Assembly: GCF_036321535.1 (NCBI RefSeq)
Contig: NC_087437.1
Coordinates: 103,604,001 to 103,668,000, forward strand
Origin: Camelus dromedarius
Taxonomy: Eukaryota
Length of the DNA stretch: 64,000 nucleotides
Direction of reading: 5' to 3'
Shown here: piece after piece, positions 49,541 to 63,945 of the stretch
How the letters are laid out: each line of letters starts with the position of its first letter
Numbering within the stretch: position 1 is the first letter of the stretch
Program-made: the position numbers and the translations under genes
The notes under the pieces: generated by a model
Database searches by the model: none
What the model was told of the DNA's origin: nothing
Seen by the model: the letters and a program-made list of their open reading frames with translations, nothing else

Positions 49541-51204
49541 TAATCACTGCTAACATTTTCAGTAAATGATTACATATTTGTGACAAACCAAAAATGTTAT
49601 CAATTGAAATTAATGAGACAATGAGCAAGAAAAAAGTTTTTAAGTTTCTTAAAATAGTATCTAATATAGTACTTTATTTCCCAAACAGCTACAATTTTAT
49701 AAAAGTTAAAAGCATTTTAGGGTGGCTGAAGTGTTATTTTAAATAATCTGTTGTCAAGTAACCTGTTCTTTGGGATTTGTGGCGGAAAGGATCTTTCCAA
49801 ATCTCAATCAGACTCTCCATAGATGTTAGTCAGGTAACCACCTGCAACTTTATAGATCTATTTCTTGATTTTGTTCTCTAAAGCAGTAGTTATTGCTTTA
49901 AAAGTATATATATGATATTTCCAAGTTATGAGACAGTTTTTAAATGACTTTATGTTCTATATAGAAACAAAAATATATTTAGATTGATACAATAAAAACA
50001 CAGATATGATTACAAGCTACATATCCTAAATTTGCCTTTGCTATAGAACAAATATGGTACAAAACAAAGAATGGCTAAAAGAAGTGTGGTATGATAGTTG
50101 TTACAAGTTACACATAACTATATTGGAATAAATTCAGGTAATCCAACGGTCAAGAGCCTCTATACACTGAAACTGACTTTTCAATAATTGGATCCAAACT
50201 CTGTGTTTTTGATGCCTTGTTAGGAAAGAAAGTTATTGCTTTTTGAGTTAGAATTTTAGACAATTTGTAATTAAACACCACCTTATTGGGAGCATATTTA
50301 AAACACGTTTCTAAGTTATCTGCAAAGAATTAAGAGGTGTGTTCTTATTAAAAGAACTGATTCTGGTTCCAGACCTCTTCAATTTGAGAAGATGTGTGAA
50401 TTCCCTCACCAATAGAGTATGACAGAAATGATACCGTGACTCCTGAGGATACATCATACAGCTTCCATATGGTTCTTTTTGGTCATTCAATTTTAGGAAC
50501 TAGAACTGTCATATAAATCTGACCACCACAAGACCATGCTGTGATGAGGCACAGTAGCATAGGATTTTTAATTTATTATTTATGGAATGATCCTGAATAT
50601 ATATTGATTTTCAAGTGTTTATAAAAGATTAGTGAAGATATTTCCCATAAGAATAGTTAAACCATTGTGAGAATTATTATGTTTTTAGTGCAAGAAAAAT
50701 GCATTTAAAAATCATAGGTGGTTTTCTCTCTCTTACTTGGTAGCCTGCTGAAAGGCAGGCAGGGAATCTTGACATTGAGTTTATGTATAAAATGCACTGA
50801 TAGATTTGGAGGATGTTGTGTGCCAAGTTCACAGTGTATCTGGAAAGCAAGAGATAGCATCTCCAGAAAAGGAAATGGTAAGATATTGAGAAATGATATG
50901 AGATTGCAGAAGCAGCTTTAGCTATAGCATTGCCCAACACATGGTAGGCAATGACTGTTGGCAGAGAGTACCATATTTCAACAGTACGAATACATCAATC
51001 AAGTCAGTACTGCAGAGGTAGATTCTTAAAACTTATGGGGAAGGGAAAAGGAATGAAATGCCTGCTATTGTTAGAAACATTATCTTAACTTTAAAATATG
51101 GTAGTATAAAGGGTCAGTTTCTTAGACTAAACTCCTAGAGCTAATAAGTGAGTTTAGCAAGTGAATTAGTGAGTTTGACCAATGAATCATGTCATGTAAG
51201 TTGT

Positions 51205-51310
51205 TAACAATGGAGGAAACTAGAAGAGGGTGACCTAAGATCTCTCAGTATAACCTTTATAACTTTTCTGGAAGTATAAATGTATCCTAAAGTAAAAAGT
51301 TTATTAAAAA
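51205..51310 (+). mobile_element. L1MB-type 3' end fragment
   Basis: 'ggaggaaactagaagagggtg..gatctctcagtata..aacttttctggaagtataaatgtatcctaaagtaaaaagtttattaaaaa'. Confidence 0.7.
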
Positions 51311-53347
51311 GATAGGGACGATACGGTGACAAAAACTGAATTTTCTACCTCTTTCTTTCTGTTTCCATTCCTGTGGTCAAGGGAGAAGTTTCCATATTTT
51401 GCTTCAGGTGTCTGGTTTTCAAACCCTAATTAATTTTCCATTTAAAATGGTAAATTTAATACAGTAAGATTAAATAATATATTTATGAGAATTACACTGA
51501 AATTACCAAAAAAAAAAAGACTTTATAGTTTTATAAGAGATATCATCATGGCACAAGTGGAACTATACCCAGTCCAGGGTTGCAAATAATGCCTTTCAAA
51601 GAGCTCCGGTTTTTAATAGGAAGTTTTTTTTTTTTTTAATATAATAGCTTTTGTGTAATCAATGGAGATATTTAATGAGATATTAATGATGTCAAAAACA
51701 CTTCAAAATATTACTGATTAGATTTCTTTTATATACTTCCATTCCACCATTCCCCCCACCAACTGTGCACTTTGTATTCTTTAAGGGTAATTAACTTTAT
51801 AGTTAAATCAACCCAGATCACAAAATCACAGTATATTAATAATTGATAAAAGAAAATTATAGGAGAAATGATTCCAAAGCAGAAGTCCTAAATTTGAATT
51901 TGGCTACTATGACTGATGAGACTGGGCTTCCTTTTGGAGTAAATGTATGTTGACCAGACAAGGATCGGTTTTAACAGATTCACAGAGGAGTATGTACACC
52001 AACCAATGTTTCTTTGATACCAGATTTCTAAAGGAGTAGACTAAAGTAAATATTTGTCTAGAATTTGAACTCTCTTTATATTTTTGAGGAATCCCTATTG
52101 AAAGAAAAAGTGTGGGCAAGTCAGTCCTGCACAGATTCTGGGAGCTAGATCAAGCACGAAAGAAACAATCTCAACCCATCAGACATTTCTGCGTGGGTCT
52201 TTGAGTCTATAGGCATCACTGGGAAAACAGGAGACCTGTGTCCTTCTTTCCTAGACTCACTCTAGGCTCTTCCCTATTTCTCCAGTTCTTTTCTTGGCCT
52301 TTCCATATATTTGAAGAACTATCTTCTGGCCTTCTAATATGTTTTCATCTAATTGAGTTACCCAGAATAGTTTTCTATTTTTGCAACAAGGAACTCTTAA
52401 TTAAAGCAAAGACTGAAAATGAAAATTTAAATTTTAAATAAGGAGGAAATGTCTTCCTCTTCTCTTAACTGTATAAAAAATAGTATTTGGAATTAGACAT
52501 TTTCACAACTCTAAACCATCTTCAAAAGTAAAACTGTTTAATTGAAAAATATGTATAAGTTTGAGCAAACCATTGCAAATTTACCTATCCTAGTGTATAT
52601 TTTTCAAGTTTATTACTTAGGAACAAGTAAAATGAACAAAATACAACTAGAAAATATTCATAACACATCTAGCTGCCTATTTTTTTTATTTCTTCTTGAT
52701 AGGAGAGAAATAGATTGGCAGCGAAATTTCCTCTGCTGGGTGGAGAATACACTGGTTTAAGCAATGTTTTTACTGAAATAGTTCCTCACTGTTAGATGTC
52801 TCCTATGAACATCTGAACAAGTTATTCTTTGCCAATTTATATCCTCTTTGTAAAAATGGATAAAGCTTATTGTGGACACTTGGAAAGAGATCATAGTTCT
52901 GAGATTAAACCAAAGTCACATTGACAGAATAATATAAACAGTCACGAGACAAAGTATTGACTTCTATATCAAAGAACTGAAGAGGAACTTCAATTTTATG
53001 TTCATTTAGATTTTGGTCACCTTTATTTAATAGTGAAGCAAAATAAGAGGCTTGTTAATAATAACAGAAAATATTTTATAAAACTTCTAATGCTTTCCTG
53101 TTTAAATCATATTAATGAAGGTACAGTTTCAGCTATGTTTCTAACAAATTCTCTTTGACATAAGTTTTAGTCAGTTTATGATTAATTTATTGTCATTCAT
53201 AGTTTCATTGATGTCTTAAGAAAATTACATGGTAGAAATCTTTGAAATTTAGCCTTAAAAATTCTATTGATTTGAGTGTTAGTTTTAAATCTGTTAATGA
53301 AATACTAGGGTTAGAGTAAATTATCTTGTAAAGTACTTTCCAGAATT

Positions 53348-53350
<3 letters not shown>

Positions 53351-53410
<60 letters not shown>
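53351..53410. repeat. (AT)30 perfect microsatellite
   Basis: 60-bp uninterrupted AT run. Confidence 0.99.
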
Positions 53411-53416
<6 letters not shown>

Positions 53417-56149
53417 TAAGAACAGTTTCACTTTTGATCTTCTTTGATCAGAAATATTTTCAGGGGAATATCCAATTCAAACTATTGTTTTGATACTTGC
53501 AGGACATGAATATATTTTCTTCCTTTTGGATAGTCTGCATTTTAATTACATGGTACAATTTTGATATTTTGTATTAGGGCAATATCTAAAGCAAAATAGA
53601 TGAGGATTCAGCACTAAGGAGATAAGGCTGTGCAAATAAGTATTTCCTGGTCGGAATCTCCAGCCGTTTGAAGAACACAGGCGTATGTCAGTAGCTGCCA
53701 GCTTTTTCTCCATTTTAACTGAGCCAAATCAGTTTTCTTATCAGGGCATCAGAATAACTAGAGCATTTGCTCTTCTGTGTGGTTTAAAAAAGTTAACAAT
53801 ATGATTAGGTTTTTACTTAGAATAAGATGCTATTAAAAGTCATTTTCGACTCAGCCTTTTTATTTTCTGGAAAATTTAAATCAATAGTTCTATTTCAAAA
53901 CAAAATACAAGTTATTATTTAAAAAATCACTCAACAGATACAGTTATTTGTAATGGATATATGATTCGCTACACCCCATCAAAAACTGATATTCATGTGC
54001 TTATTCAAATACTCAAAAATAAAATAAATACATATTCAATATGTGACGTTAGTCTCAGAGAAGTGAAAACTAGAAGAAATGTAAACAAAACTAATTTATA
54101 AAAATGAGGCAAGGTCTTGGTGGTCTATGTAGTTGCGACAGCTATTATTGCTGAATTTATAATTTTTATACCCATTGAAGGATAAAAGAATCTGCAATGA
54201 AAATGGGGTTCGTGCATCCATGTAACTAAAGCCTAATTATTTAAATGAAATCCTATCTCCACAACCCTCTTTACTTCATGTATATGTCTTTAACTAAATT
54301 TCTCATAAAATTAAGGACCTGGAAAGTATTTAAAAGCTTATTACTGTAATTTTTTCAAAATGATTACTTTTCAAGCCTGAATATTTTTTATACCAAAGTT
54401 TCCCAGTTTTCGTTCATGAGAATGAAGGAAATAAAGTAAAATATATTTAATAATAAAGAACAGCTTCTTGGAGTCTTCCTAATGTAGAGCAGCTTAAGAA
54501 GATATGCTAATACAGTATTCATATTGGCATGGACTGCCACCAGCCAGTTTCTCACTTTTTTGATAACAAGTCAGAAAAGTTGACCCCCTGAGCAAAGGCA
54601 ACTTGTTGGGGGTCATGGCTTGATGCAGAGAGCATCAGATGGACTTCAGTCTCAACCACCTCCTTATCTGGGTCCTCTTTCTCATGAATAATTTGAGCAA
54701 CCTTCAAAGTATCTCCGAAAGGTACAAGAGCTCAGCAATTCTCATTGAATAGATTCAAAAGCCAATTCTGCTATATACACTTGCTTCGTGACTTAGCCTC
54801 TGCACCTCTGAAACTTCATAAAGTATTGCAAATTTTCAAAATTGCAGTAAAACTCAGATAGGGAATGTGTAAAACTAAGTTTTAAAAGAATGACAATATA
54901 AAGTGGTTCCTGTACATTATTATTCATTGAATATGATTGGTTTTTATCATAACATGTGTGTTATAAAAATCAAATTGAGAGAAAACTATGGCTTACTAAG
55001 TATAATAAAATGCAATTAAAAACAGATGAAATACATGAGGCTTTTCTTCTATTTTAATGATATTGGAAGGTAGAATACTCTAATTACAATTAGAAAGTAT
55101 TAGGAACTGAGCTATAAGATTACATGTGCTATTATTTTTCTCTATAAAGGAAAAAATTCATTACCCATCAATTAAATGAGTAATTAGGCTTATTTATAGC
55201 CTAAGAATACAAAACAAAAAAGCACCTAAACATTTGTAAAGATGAACTTTTCAAAAATATATTTTTGAAAAAGTTCTATAAAAAGAGTACCACAATCAGT
55301 TTGATTTGGTTTTTCTGTCTCTCCCTCATATCACTAAAGAGTAGAACTTCCAAACTAACCTCAATACTTCACTCTCCCACCCCAAGATAAGCCTCTGTCC
55401 TTATGAATTCATCACTTAAGACTCGAAAAAAAATCGGCAAATGTAAGTACTTGGCAATGATTTAAACTTTACTGAAAAAAATAAGAAAAAATGGAAGCAA
55501 AAACACAGTAGATGATTATAAAACTTGTACAACAAAAATATGATCATTTCTTTATTATTTCAACATAATAATATTATAGTAAAATGAGTTAAAATTAGGT
55601 TAAAGTATAAAATAGGTAGAATTTAGATACTGTGAGGGGTGAGTTTTTCATGCCCTAAGATAGATCTTGTATAAAGTGTGTATATGTGTATGTGTGTGTG
55701 TAGATAGCATTGCAGACAAAGCTAGAAGAGGACATCTCCAATGAAAAAGAAAAAAGAAAAATTCCACAGAACAGACCCAGAACAGTAAGCACAAGTCACT
55801 AGCAAGAGGAGGAGATTCTCTGAGGCCAAGTGCCAATAGTTAAATCAATGAATTTTAAACCAGCGTATTTTCTGGATTAAGGAGAACAAGGAAGGGACCC
55901 AAGCTGGTCCTAGGTCTAGAATTTTACCCTGGCTCTGGTAAAAGAAAACACAATCATTGGAAGAAACATCATTGATTTATGCTCCCAGACTTTTCACAGA
56001 CTATGATAAAGAACACATGAACTGAGAAACAGCACCCCCTTCACACCAAAAAAATACAATAAAACAAAAAAGCCAAAAAGCAGAAGAACCAAGACAGAAA
56101 CTCAGGTAGACTGGCTCCACAATGTGCTCTTAATCAGGAAATGGCCAGT

Positions 56150-56468
56150 TGTACTGGTCAGCTAGAGCTGCTATGACAAATACAATGGACTGGGTGGCTT
56201 AAACAACAGAAATTGATTTCTCACAGTTCCAGAGGCTGGGAAGTCCAACCCTGGGGTACCAAAATGACCAACATCTGGTTAGAGCCCTCGTCCTGGCTTT
56301 CAGATGACTGCCTTCTTGCTGTATACGTACATGAGAGAGAAAGAGATGGAGAGAGTGGGAGAGACAGAAAGTCTCTCATGTCTCTTCTTATAAGGACATG
56401 AATCCCTTTCATTAGGGTTTCACCCTCTTGACCTAATTTCCTCCCAAACACCCTACCTCCGGATACCT
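56150..56468 (-). mobile_element. MLT1A-like MaLR LTR
   Basis: 'gactgggtggcttaaacaacagaaattgatttctcacagttccagaggctgggaagtccaa', 'tctcttcttataaggacatgaatccc'. Confidence 0.9.
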
Positions 56469-58137
56469 TTCTTTCATGATACTTTCTGTATGTTGCACAT
56501 GAAACCTACTAATATTCACTGTCCAGGTTTCTAGTTACATGGTTATTTCTAGCTTTAAGGGGGGCTGGGAAATGTAATCTATATACCAGTCAACTCTGTG
56601 CTTAGCTTAAAACCATGAAGAAAGTAGATACTGAAGGATGACAGCAACATCTGACTTCATTTATTTCTCCTTCTCTTCTGGATGTTTCTTGGATAAATTT
56701 TGTTTAATTATATATTTTTTTTTTTAGAAACTGGAAGATGCCATAAAAACATTCAGATGTAGTTTTATTTTTAATTCAGCAAATCTAGTTAACATAGTTA
56801 ATTTTATAAATTGATTTATTGGGTTTATAGTTATCTCCCTCTTCTCATTGTAATTTTGTGCATCTTTGCTTTTTTCTAATTTAAAAATTAAGTTACCTTG
56901 CAGTGTTTGCATTTTTTGTTTTACATTTATATTTACACAATTATATACATTTTTATTTTTATATGCTAGTCCCAAATCAAGACTAGTTTGTTTTAATTGT
57001 ATTTCCTTAATTTTCCTCTTAAAATACAAATTTATTTTTTAAACATGATGGGGTTCAATAGTTTATTTTCACATTATTTTTCTCTCTCTCTGCTCATCTC
57101 TCTCAGCAATATTTGTTTAAAATAGAGACTTTTTTCCTGCTGAATATTATTTTAATGATATTGATTAGATTCTGAAATTTAGTGTTTTCATACTGAATAT
57201 CCTTTTTCACATACTGCAGTTTTGATATCAATATTTTCTTGGATAATAGAATGCCTAAAATGTTATATATGGTTGATTTTTCAGTTTAATCACTCTTCTT
57301 ATTTTTAAATTGTCTAAGATCACCCAGCTAAGATAAAGTAAAATTAGTATTTTAATCCAGAGCTGAACTCCAGAAACCATATGCTTAACTAATACACCAC
57401 ATTGCTTGCGGATGTCATTTAATTGTACTTAACTGAACTTCCCTGGGTTTCATTATATCTAAAATGTGATGATCTAAGAAAAAAAGTGTCACTCTCTCTG
57501 TCTTGTTACAAAATATCAAACTAAAGAAATACCAGTTTCGTACTTTTTTCTCTACACTGAATATTTTTCGTATGAAAATCAATGGTTTCATCTTTCCTAT
57601 ATTCCACAATGTTTGCATTTTGTAAAACATTTTAGTGCCATTTAGAAATAGTTTTCTGAAAGTCACTAAAACCTGACTTGTCACAAAGGAAAACAAGATT
57701 TTATTGCTACTTTAATGAGTGGAACTAACTTATAATTGGCCTAACCCTATAGGAATTCTAAACAAAAACAAGAAAATGGAGTTCTCAGTGTGAGCTCATT
57801 AAAGTTCCATATACACAAAAACAGAAGTCAATTGTTTTCCAGACAGTTTCTGAAAATTAACCTAGTGCTTTGCTAACTAGAGCCTGGACGTACCCCAACT
57901 TGACAGTTCAGATATGATATGAAGACTCTTATTCCTACAAGATAAAACTTGAGGAAGGTGAAGTCACAGTTGCTCATCCTGACAGCCCCACACTTCTGAG
58001 CTCTCAATGGAGAAAAAGGATCCAGAGTGGGGAGCAAGGTTAATGGATGCATTAGAGATACTTTCTTAGAATAATTTAAAGAATCACCAGCACTAACAAA
58101 GGGGGATTGGCCTTGGGGAGAGAAACAGACTTCACAG

Positions 58138-58671
58138 TGTAATAGGGAAGAACACATCTGACTGCATATTAGACCTGTTCTTTTATTCCTTTAGCTCTAA
58201 CTCTGTGCTCTGTGTCCTGTGTCCTGTGCTTAGTCATGCTGGTTCTGCACCTTTTGTGAAAGACTACTATCTACAGCCTGAAATATACAGGACAGCCATT
58301 TGCAAGGCTCGGACCTTTAAGGGTATAATACTTTTTCACACATGTAGAGATAAAAAGTTGCAGAAAAGAGAACAGTATTTTTCTTGTTGGAGGTTTACAG
58401 GAACATCATGACCTGACCTACATGGACACCTGAAAGAATAAAGGATTGTGACACCAAGAAGTTTTGCAACAACCAACCACACTCCCTCCTGCTTTTAGCA
58501 TAAAAGGAGCCTGAATTCTGACTTGGGTAAGATGGTTCTCTAGGACATTAGTCCCCCATTCTCCACGTTTGCTGGCTTTCTGAATAAAGTCATATTCCTT
58601 GCCCCAACACCTTACCTCCTGACTTATTGGCCTGTCATGCAGTGAGAAGAACGAGTTTGGACTGGGTAACA
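58138..58671 (+). mobile_element. ERV1-class solo LTR (MER41-like architecture)
   Basis: TGTAA...GTAACA termini; TATA-like 'cataaaagg'; 'aagatggttctctaggacattagtc..ggctttctgaataaagtc..ttccttgccccaacacct..ttattggcctgtcatgc'. No clear TSD. Confidence 0.85.
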
Positions 58672-60651
58672 GGAAGACTCACTTTTTTTTTCTCTTTTTT
58701 GCTCAAAAATCCCAGTTGAAAGACATGGCTAAGATAGTCTTTGTGCCCTGGTCTTTTAAGTTCTGGCTGACATCTAAGAGGTTCCATGCATGTAGTACAA
58801 AATAACCTGTCAGTGAATTTAGTTTCACACAGTAGGACTAGAGTGGTTTTGAGAGCCTCCCCTTGTCCTGTTTTTTTGCTCTTGTCTCAAGTTTAATAGA
58901 TGTGGGACTTTTTTTCCTGATTTTCTTTCTGAAGTGTATTTTATGGAAAGAATAGTGGCTTGTTTAATTGATCTGAAAACCAAAAATTTCATCTTTGTTT
59001 TAATGTCTGAATCTTGAGCTGCTTGAAAATAAGAATTAAAAAAAAAATAACTTAGAGCATATTACAAGCTGCACATTAAATTCAAGGAGAGCAATAAACT
59101 TGCAGCTGTTATGCTTTTTAAAAAGAACATTCTAAGCCATCGTTGTTCATATTTAGAAAAATGGTTATTAGCTGAGGAATCATGTAATTTTCTCTACTTC
59201 TTCACCTCTTCTGTTGAATTCCAAAATACACTGCTGGGTGAGGTAAGATCTATTTTTATTATTTATTCTCCTAATTTTTAATGAAAAGTATTCACAGTGG
59301 TTTACATGGAAAATATACTTCAAAAATGTAATTTTTACCTTAAAAGTTATTATTGAAGACCTAATTGCCATTTCTAGCTATTTGTTAAAGAAGACATAAT
59401 TTGAAAATTTAAAGCAGAGACCAACCAAAAAAAGAGTAGAACATTTCAAAAAGATGGTGTAGAAAATGACAATAATAATATCTTCTTTCTTAATAAGGGC
59501 TGTATTTTTCTTATAAGAATGAGAGAAGCATATGGAATGGAAAAAAGCATGGAGTTTTAAGTAACTTAGGGTTCGGCTGAATTTAAGGCTGAGTATGTAA
59601 AGTCTCTGTAATATAGAAAACATAAGTAATAAATATTATTATATAACATTTTTAAAACACAAAATACTGAAATATCAAAATGTTTAATAATCATATGGTC
59701 TTTGGGATGTAGTTAAGTTCTCTTAGTTGACTTCTTATTAAAAATAGGTAATATTAGTGAAATATTCACACCCACTAAGTATTTATTTATAAAGCACATA
59801 TAACATTCCCTGGCACATAGTAGGTGCTATTTACATGCTTATTGTACTATTATTTATGGTATTTTTTAAACGTATGTTAAATAGCTAACCTAAAAAAAAA
59901 TCACCATTATAATATTATAAAAATACTTGTGGTTATGCACAAAAAAATGTCAGGGTAGTTTCTGACCATAGAGAGGTTAAATAGCAAATACCTGGGGTTG
60001 CAAGCACTATCTACTTTATTTTTCTTGATATATCATAGAGTTCTTACACAGTTACATACAAAATTATTTGCAGCAAAGACCAAACTAAAGATAAAAGCAT
60101 AGAGTACCCCCGTCTTTCCCCTAAATCTGGAATAATAGCAAGTTCCCCAGGAATTCAGATTAACCCAGCAGAAAATAAAAGGAAAAGAAATACCGGAGAA
60201 TCACTGAAAGACTTGTTCCAGGTTCACAATTTTGTGCCGACAGTTCCAATATGCAAATAGCTCTCAATATAATTTGATGACAATGAAATACTGCAAGTCG
60301 CTGTTGATTTAATTTCATATGAACTGTCAGAGATTTTATGGCAGAAATAGGGATGCTTTTGATTATGGTCCACTGTTCAAGGCTCCAAAGGACATTTCAG
60401 GAAAAATTTGGATGACGTCACCTCTCCAAAATCTGACAAAATTCTCACTTCATATTCACATTTGACTCCAAAATTGTAAGATGAGGAATATAAGCCAATA
60501 ATTACTTTAGAGGGATTATTTTAAAAGATAAATATTTGAGTTACCACTTAGAGCAATGTTATTTTTTTCCCACCACTAGAAGAAAATGGCAGCTTGAGAG
60601 CAGCTATAAGAATACAAGGAAGATTCCATTTCTGTCCAGCTAAATAGATGC

Positions 60652-61707
60652 AAAAAAATATTTTGGTAAGAATACTTATGAGATCTACCTTTTATCAAAA
60701 TCTTAAGTGTGCAGTACAATATTGTTTGCTATTGTACAACAGATCTAGAGTTTATTCATCTTGCTTAACTGAAACTTGTTAATGCTTGTTAATTAGTAAA
60801 TCCTCTGTTCTCCTATCCCTCTAGGTGTAAGCAACACTCATTTTGCCCTTAGATTCTAAGAATTTGACTACTTTATGCAGCTCATATAAGTGGGATTTTT
60901 CAGTATCTGTCTTTCTGTGACTGGCTGATTTCACTTAGCATAATGTCCTTGAGGTTAATCTATATTGTTTGCCTACTACATAATTTCCTTCTTTTTTAAG
61001 GCTGAGTAATATTCCAATATATGTCACATTGTGTATACCACATTTTCTGTATTCATTCATGTGTTGATGATCATTTATGTTGTTTCCACTTCTTGGCTAA
61101 TATGACTAGTGCTACAATGAGTATTAGAGTGCTACTATCTCTTTGCAATCTCGACTTCAATTATCTTGAATAAAACCCCAAAGAGGTACTGCAGGATCAC
61201 GTGGTAGTTCTGTTAATATCTGAAGATCTTCCATCTTATTTTGCATAGCAGCTGCACAATTTTGTATTCACTCCAGCAGTGTACAAGCATTCCAGTCTTG
61301 CCAACACTTGTCTTTTGTTTTTCCAATAATAGTCATTCTGACAGGTGAGAGGTGATGTCACGTTGCGCTTTTGCTTTGCATTTTCCTGATAATTAGTGAA
61401 GTAGAAATGTTACAGCTATGACACCAAAAGCATAGGCAGCAAAAGCCTGTAGACAAGTGGGACTATATCAAACTAGAACTCTTCTGCAACAAAGGAAACC
61501 ATCAACAGAGTAAGTGGGAAAACTACAAAAGAAGAGAACATATTTGCAAACCATATGTATGATAAGAGGTTAATCTTCAAAATATATAAGGAACTCCTAC
61601 AATTCAATAGCAAAAAATCTAATAACCCGATTTTTTTAAATGAGATAGACTTGAATAGACACTTCTCCAAAGAGAATATACATATGACCAATGGATGTAT
61701 GAAAAAT
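60652..61707 (-). mobile_element. 5'-inverted L1MA-type element (3' part on -, 60652-61405; inverted ORF2 piece on +, 61406-61707)
   Basis: Antisense 3'UTR and ORF2 end, then sense 'atgacaccaaaagcataggc..gacaagtgggactatatcaaactag..cttgaatagacacttctccaaaga'; flanks taaatagatgc / tgagtagatgc. Confidence 0.92.
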
Positions 61708-63571
61708 GAGTAGATGCTTTTGAAAGTGCTTCATTTTTATATGAAATTGTTCTCCATGCTCCTCAATTAAGTCAGTATTTATATTTTTAAGATATAAATC
61801 TAAGGTTTCTTTTAAAACTTACTCTTAGGACCTTGTTTGTATATAAATATATTTCCCCTCTTCAACACTTCCCACCTGCTTTAAAGTTTATGTGAAATGG
61901 AATGGAAACAAGAAAAACCAACTCATACAAAAAGGAAAGTGAATTTTAGGAAAAGTGGAGCAACCAAATAGAATGAGTCAGATCCTTTAATATCATGGCA
62001 ACATCCTATCAGCCCAGGATGTTTTATGCTCAGAATATGATACAAGGAAAGAATAAACTTCCATTTAATTTCAGTCATACATATTTTTGCCCTGTCACAA
62101 CAACTAAATCAGTTTCCCAAGTGGTATAAATGTTTACTAAATATGCTATTTATCACTTCTAAAGCATCAATTATAAGACATCATTGATTTAATATAGCTT
62201 TTAGACAAAAATGACACAGTTGTAAATAGTGCATTGATGCCTATTTTAAGATTTTTAAATATATGTAAACTCATATTTTAGAATCAAAATGATACTCTTG
62301 TTAGTATCTTATATACCCTACTTTTACTTGGAATTCTTTATCCATCATAGGGAGAAAGATAATTTTTTTCCTTCTGTTTCTCCTGGGGTTTCAAATAAGC
62401 TTTGTTTTTACCTATCATACACACTTAGTCAAGGTCAAGAGTTGATAGCTGTAGCTTTATTCACTTTTGAACTACGTATTGGCATAAATTTATCCTCTTT
62501 GCTGTGGTTCATGTCTTATGCCTTAGATACTGCTAATGTTGATACTGCTAATGCCATCTGTGCTTTATTTTTGCTTCTGATGGAAGCGTCTTTTCATAAA
62601 CCTTAACTTATTTTTTTCACCTTGATGAGTTGCTTTATGTAAAAAAATACATTTATTTTTCTGATAAACGTTTAAAATACCTTAGTGTTAAGCTTCAGTA
62701 TGTGCAGGTTGGACCTCTTCTGCAGAAATGGAATGTTTGACAAAATTCTTTCATCTTAGTGAGATTACTTTAAAAATATCTTTTAGTTTTCTATGGTGAA
62801 ATAGATTCGTTATAACTTTTTAATAGTATTTTATATTTGTTGTCCTAGTTAGAAATCTTCCGCTGTTTACTTTCAATTAAAAAACAAGCATTGTTAAGTT
62901 ACTATGCATTTTGAAATGTCAACCTGTATCCCTGATACACTGTAGTCTGCCCCAATTAAAGGAGAGAAATCAATAGACTTCTTCTCTCTTCCCAAACTTT
63001 TCCCAAGAATGCATAAATATACTGTGGAGTTTTTAACACAGGTTACAAGCTGAAAATTATTATTTTTACATTATATATGTTGTCCTTGAAGTGTATATTT
63101 CAATCTCTTTTTCTAGTTCAATTTTATGACACATACTTTAAGTTGACTCTATTTTAAATGTTTTAGAATTTATCAGTAACTTCCCAGCAGGATGGCATGA
63201 CCAGGTTGATTCAGTGGGATAGCTCTCAGTTTCCTATGACCCATTTAGCTGTAAAGATTTTCCATGGAGATAGAGCCTTTCAGAGCTTTTTGGTTATCAG
63301 GCGCTCAGACCCTTTAAGGATAATGTTCCATTCTGTTTATCCCATTAGGAAAACCACCATCCAGCAGCTGTGCAGTGATTTCAGGAGAAGGGTTAGGTGC
63401 ATGGAAAGGGAGTCTAAATTTTACGAGAATAGGAGGGTGATATATACCAGGTCTAGCCTCTGGCCAGCTAAAGCTGCAGAGATTCTAATTGGTCACACTA
63501 ATGTTTCTTTCATTATTTTTCACAGAAATCGTCAATAATTGTGTTATTGATAAACCAGTTAATCTGAGCTT

Positions 63572-63945
63572 TGTACAAGAGGGTGCCTTGGACCCCACCC
63601 AGCGCCCCTTCACTGAGCTGTTGCACCTATTTCCTGGCTGCTCTGATTGTTGACTGCTATTGGCTACCAGTTAACTCCATCAGAGTTTGGTCCTCAGGTA
63701 AGGAGAGGTGCCTCACCCAGGAGTCATGCTGCTCCTCTGCCCAAGACAGCCATCCATCCAATGTCTCTCCAACTGACACAGGGATGCAAAAGGCCAGTGA
63801 TGCACCCTCGAAGTGGGTCCAACTCTGTGGTGCAATCCATGCTCAAGATTGCCCCACAATGCCAGGTTAAAGCTTGTCTCTAGCTGAGATCTCACTCTTG
63901 CTGAATGGTCTGGCCCTTCCTGCCCAGCTTCTCTACTCCCCTTCC
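63572..63945 (+). mobile_element. LTR16-like ERVL LTR
   Basis: 'gacagccatccatccaatg..actgacacagggatgcaaaaggccag..ccaactctgtggtgcaatccatgctc..cccttcctgcccagcttctctactcc'. Confidence 0.7.

Noticed and set aside
58138..58671. Interferon-inducible (STAT1 GAS) enhancer as described for some MER41 LTRs
   Set aside because: I could not find an intact TTCNNNGAA, and the family assignment is tentative.
63197..63895. 113-aa, 99-aa and smaller ORFs
   Set aside because: They lie in or next to an LTR16-like element and show no protein motifs.
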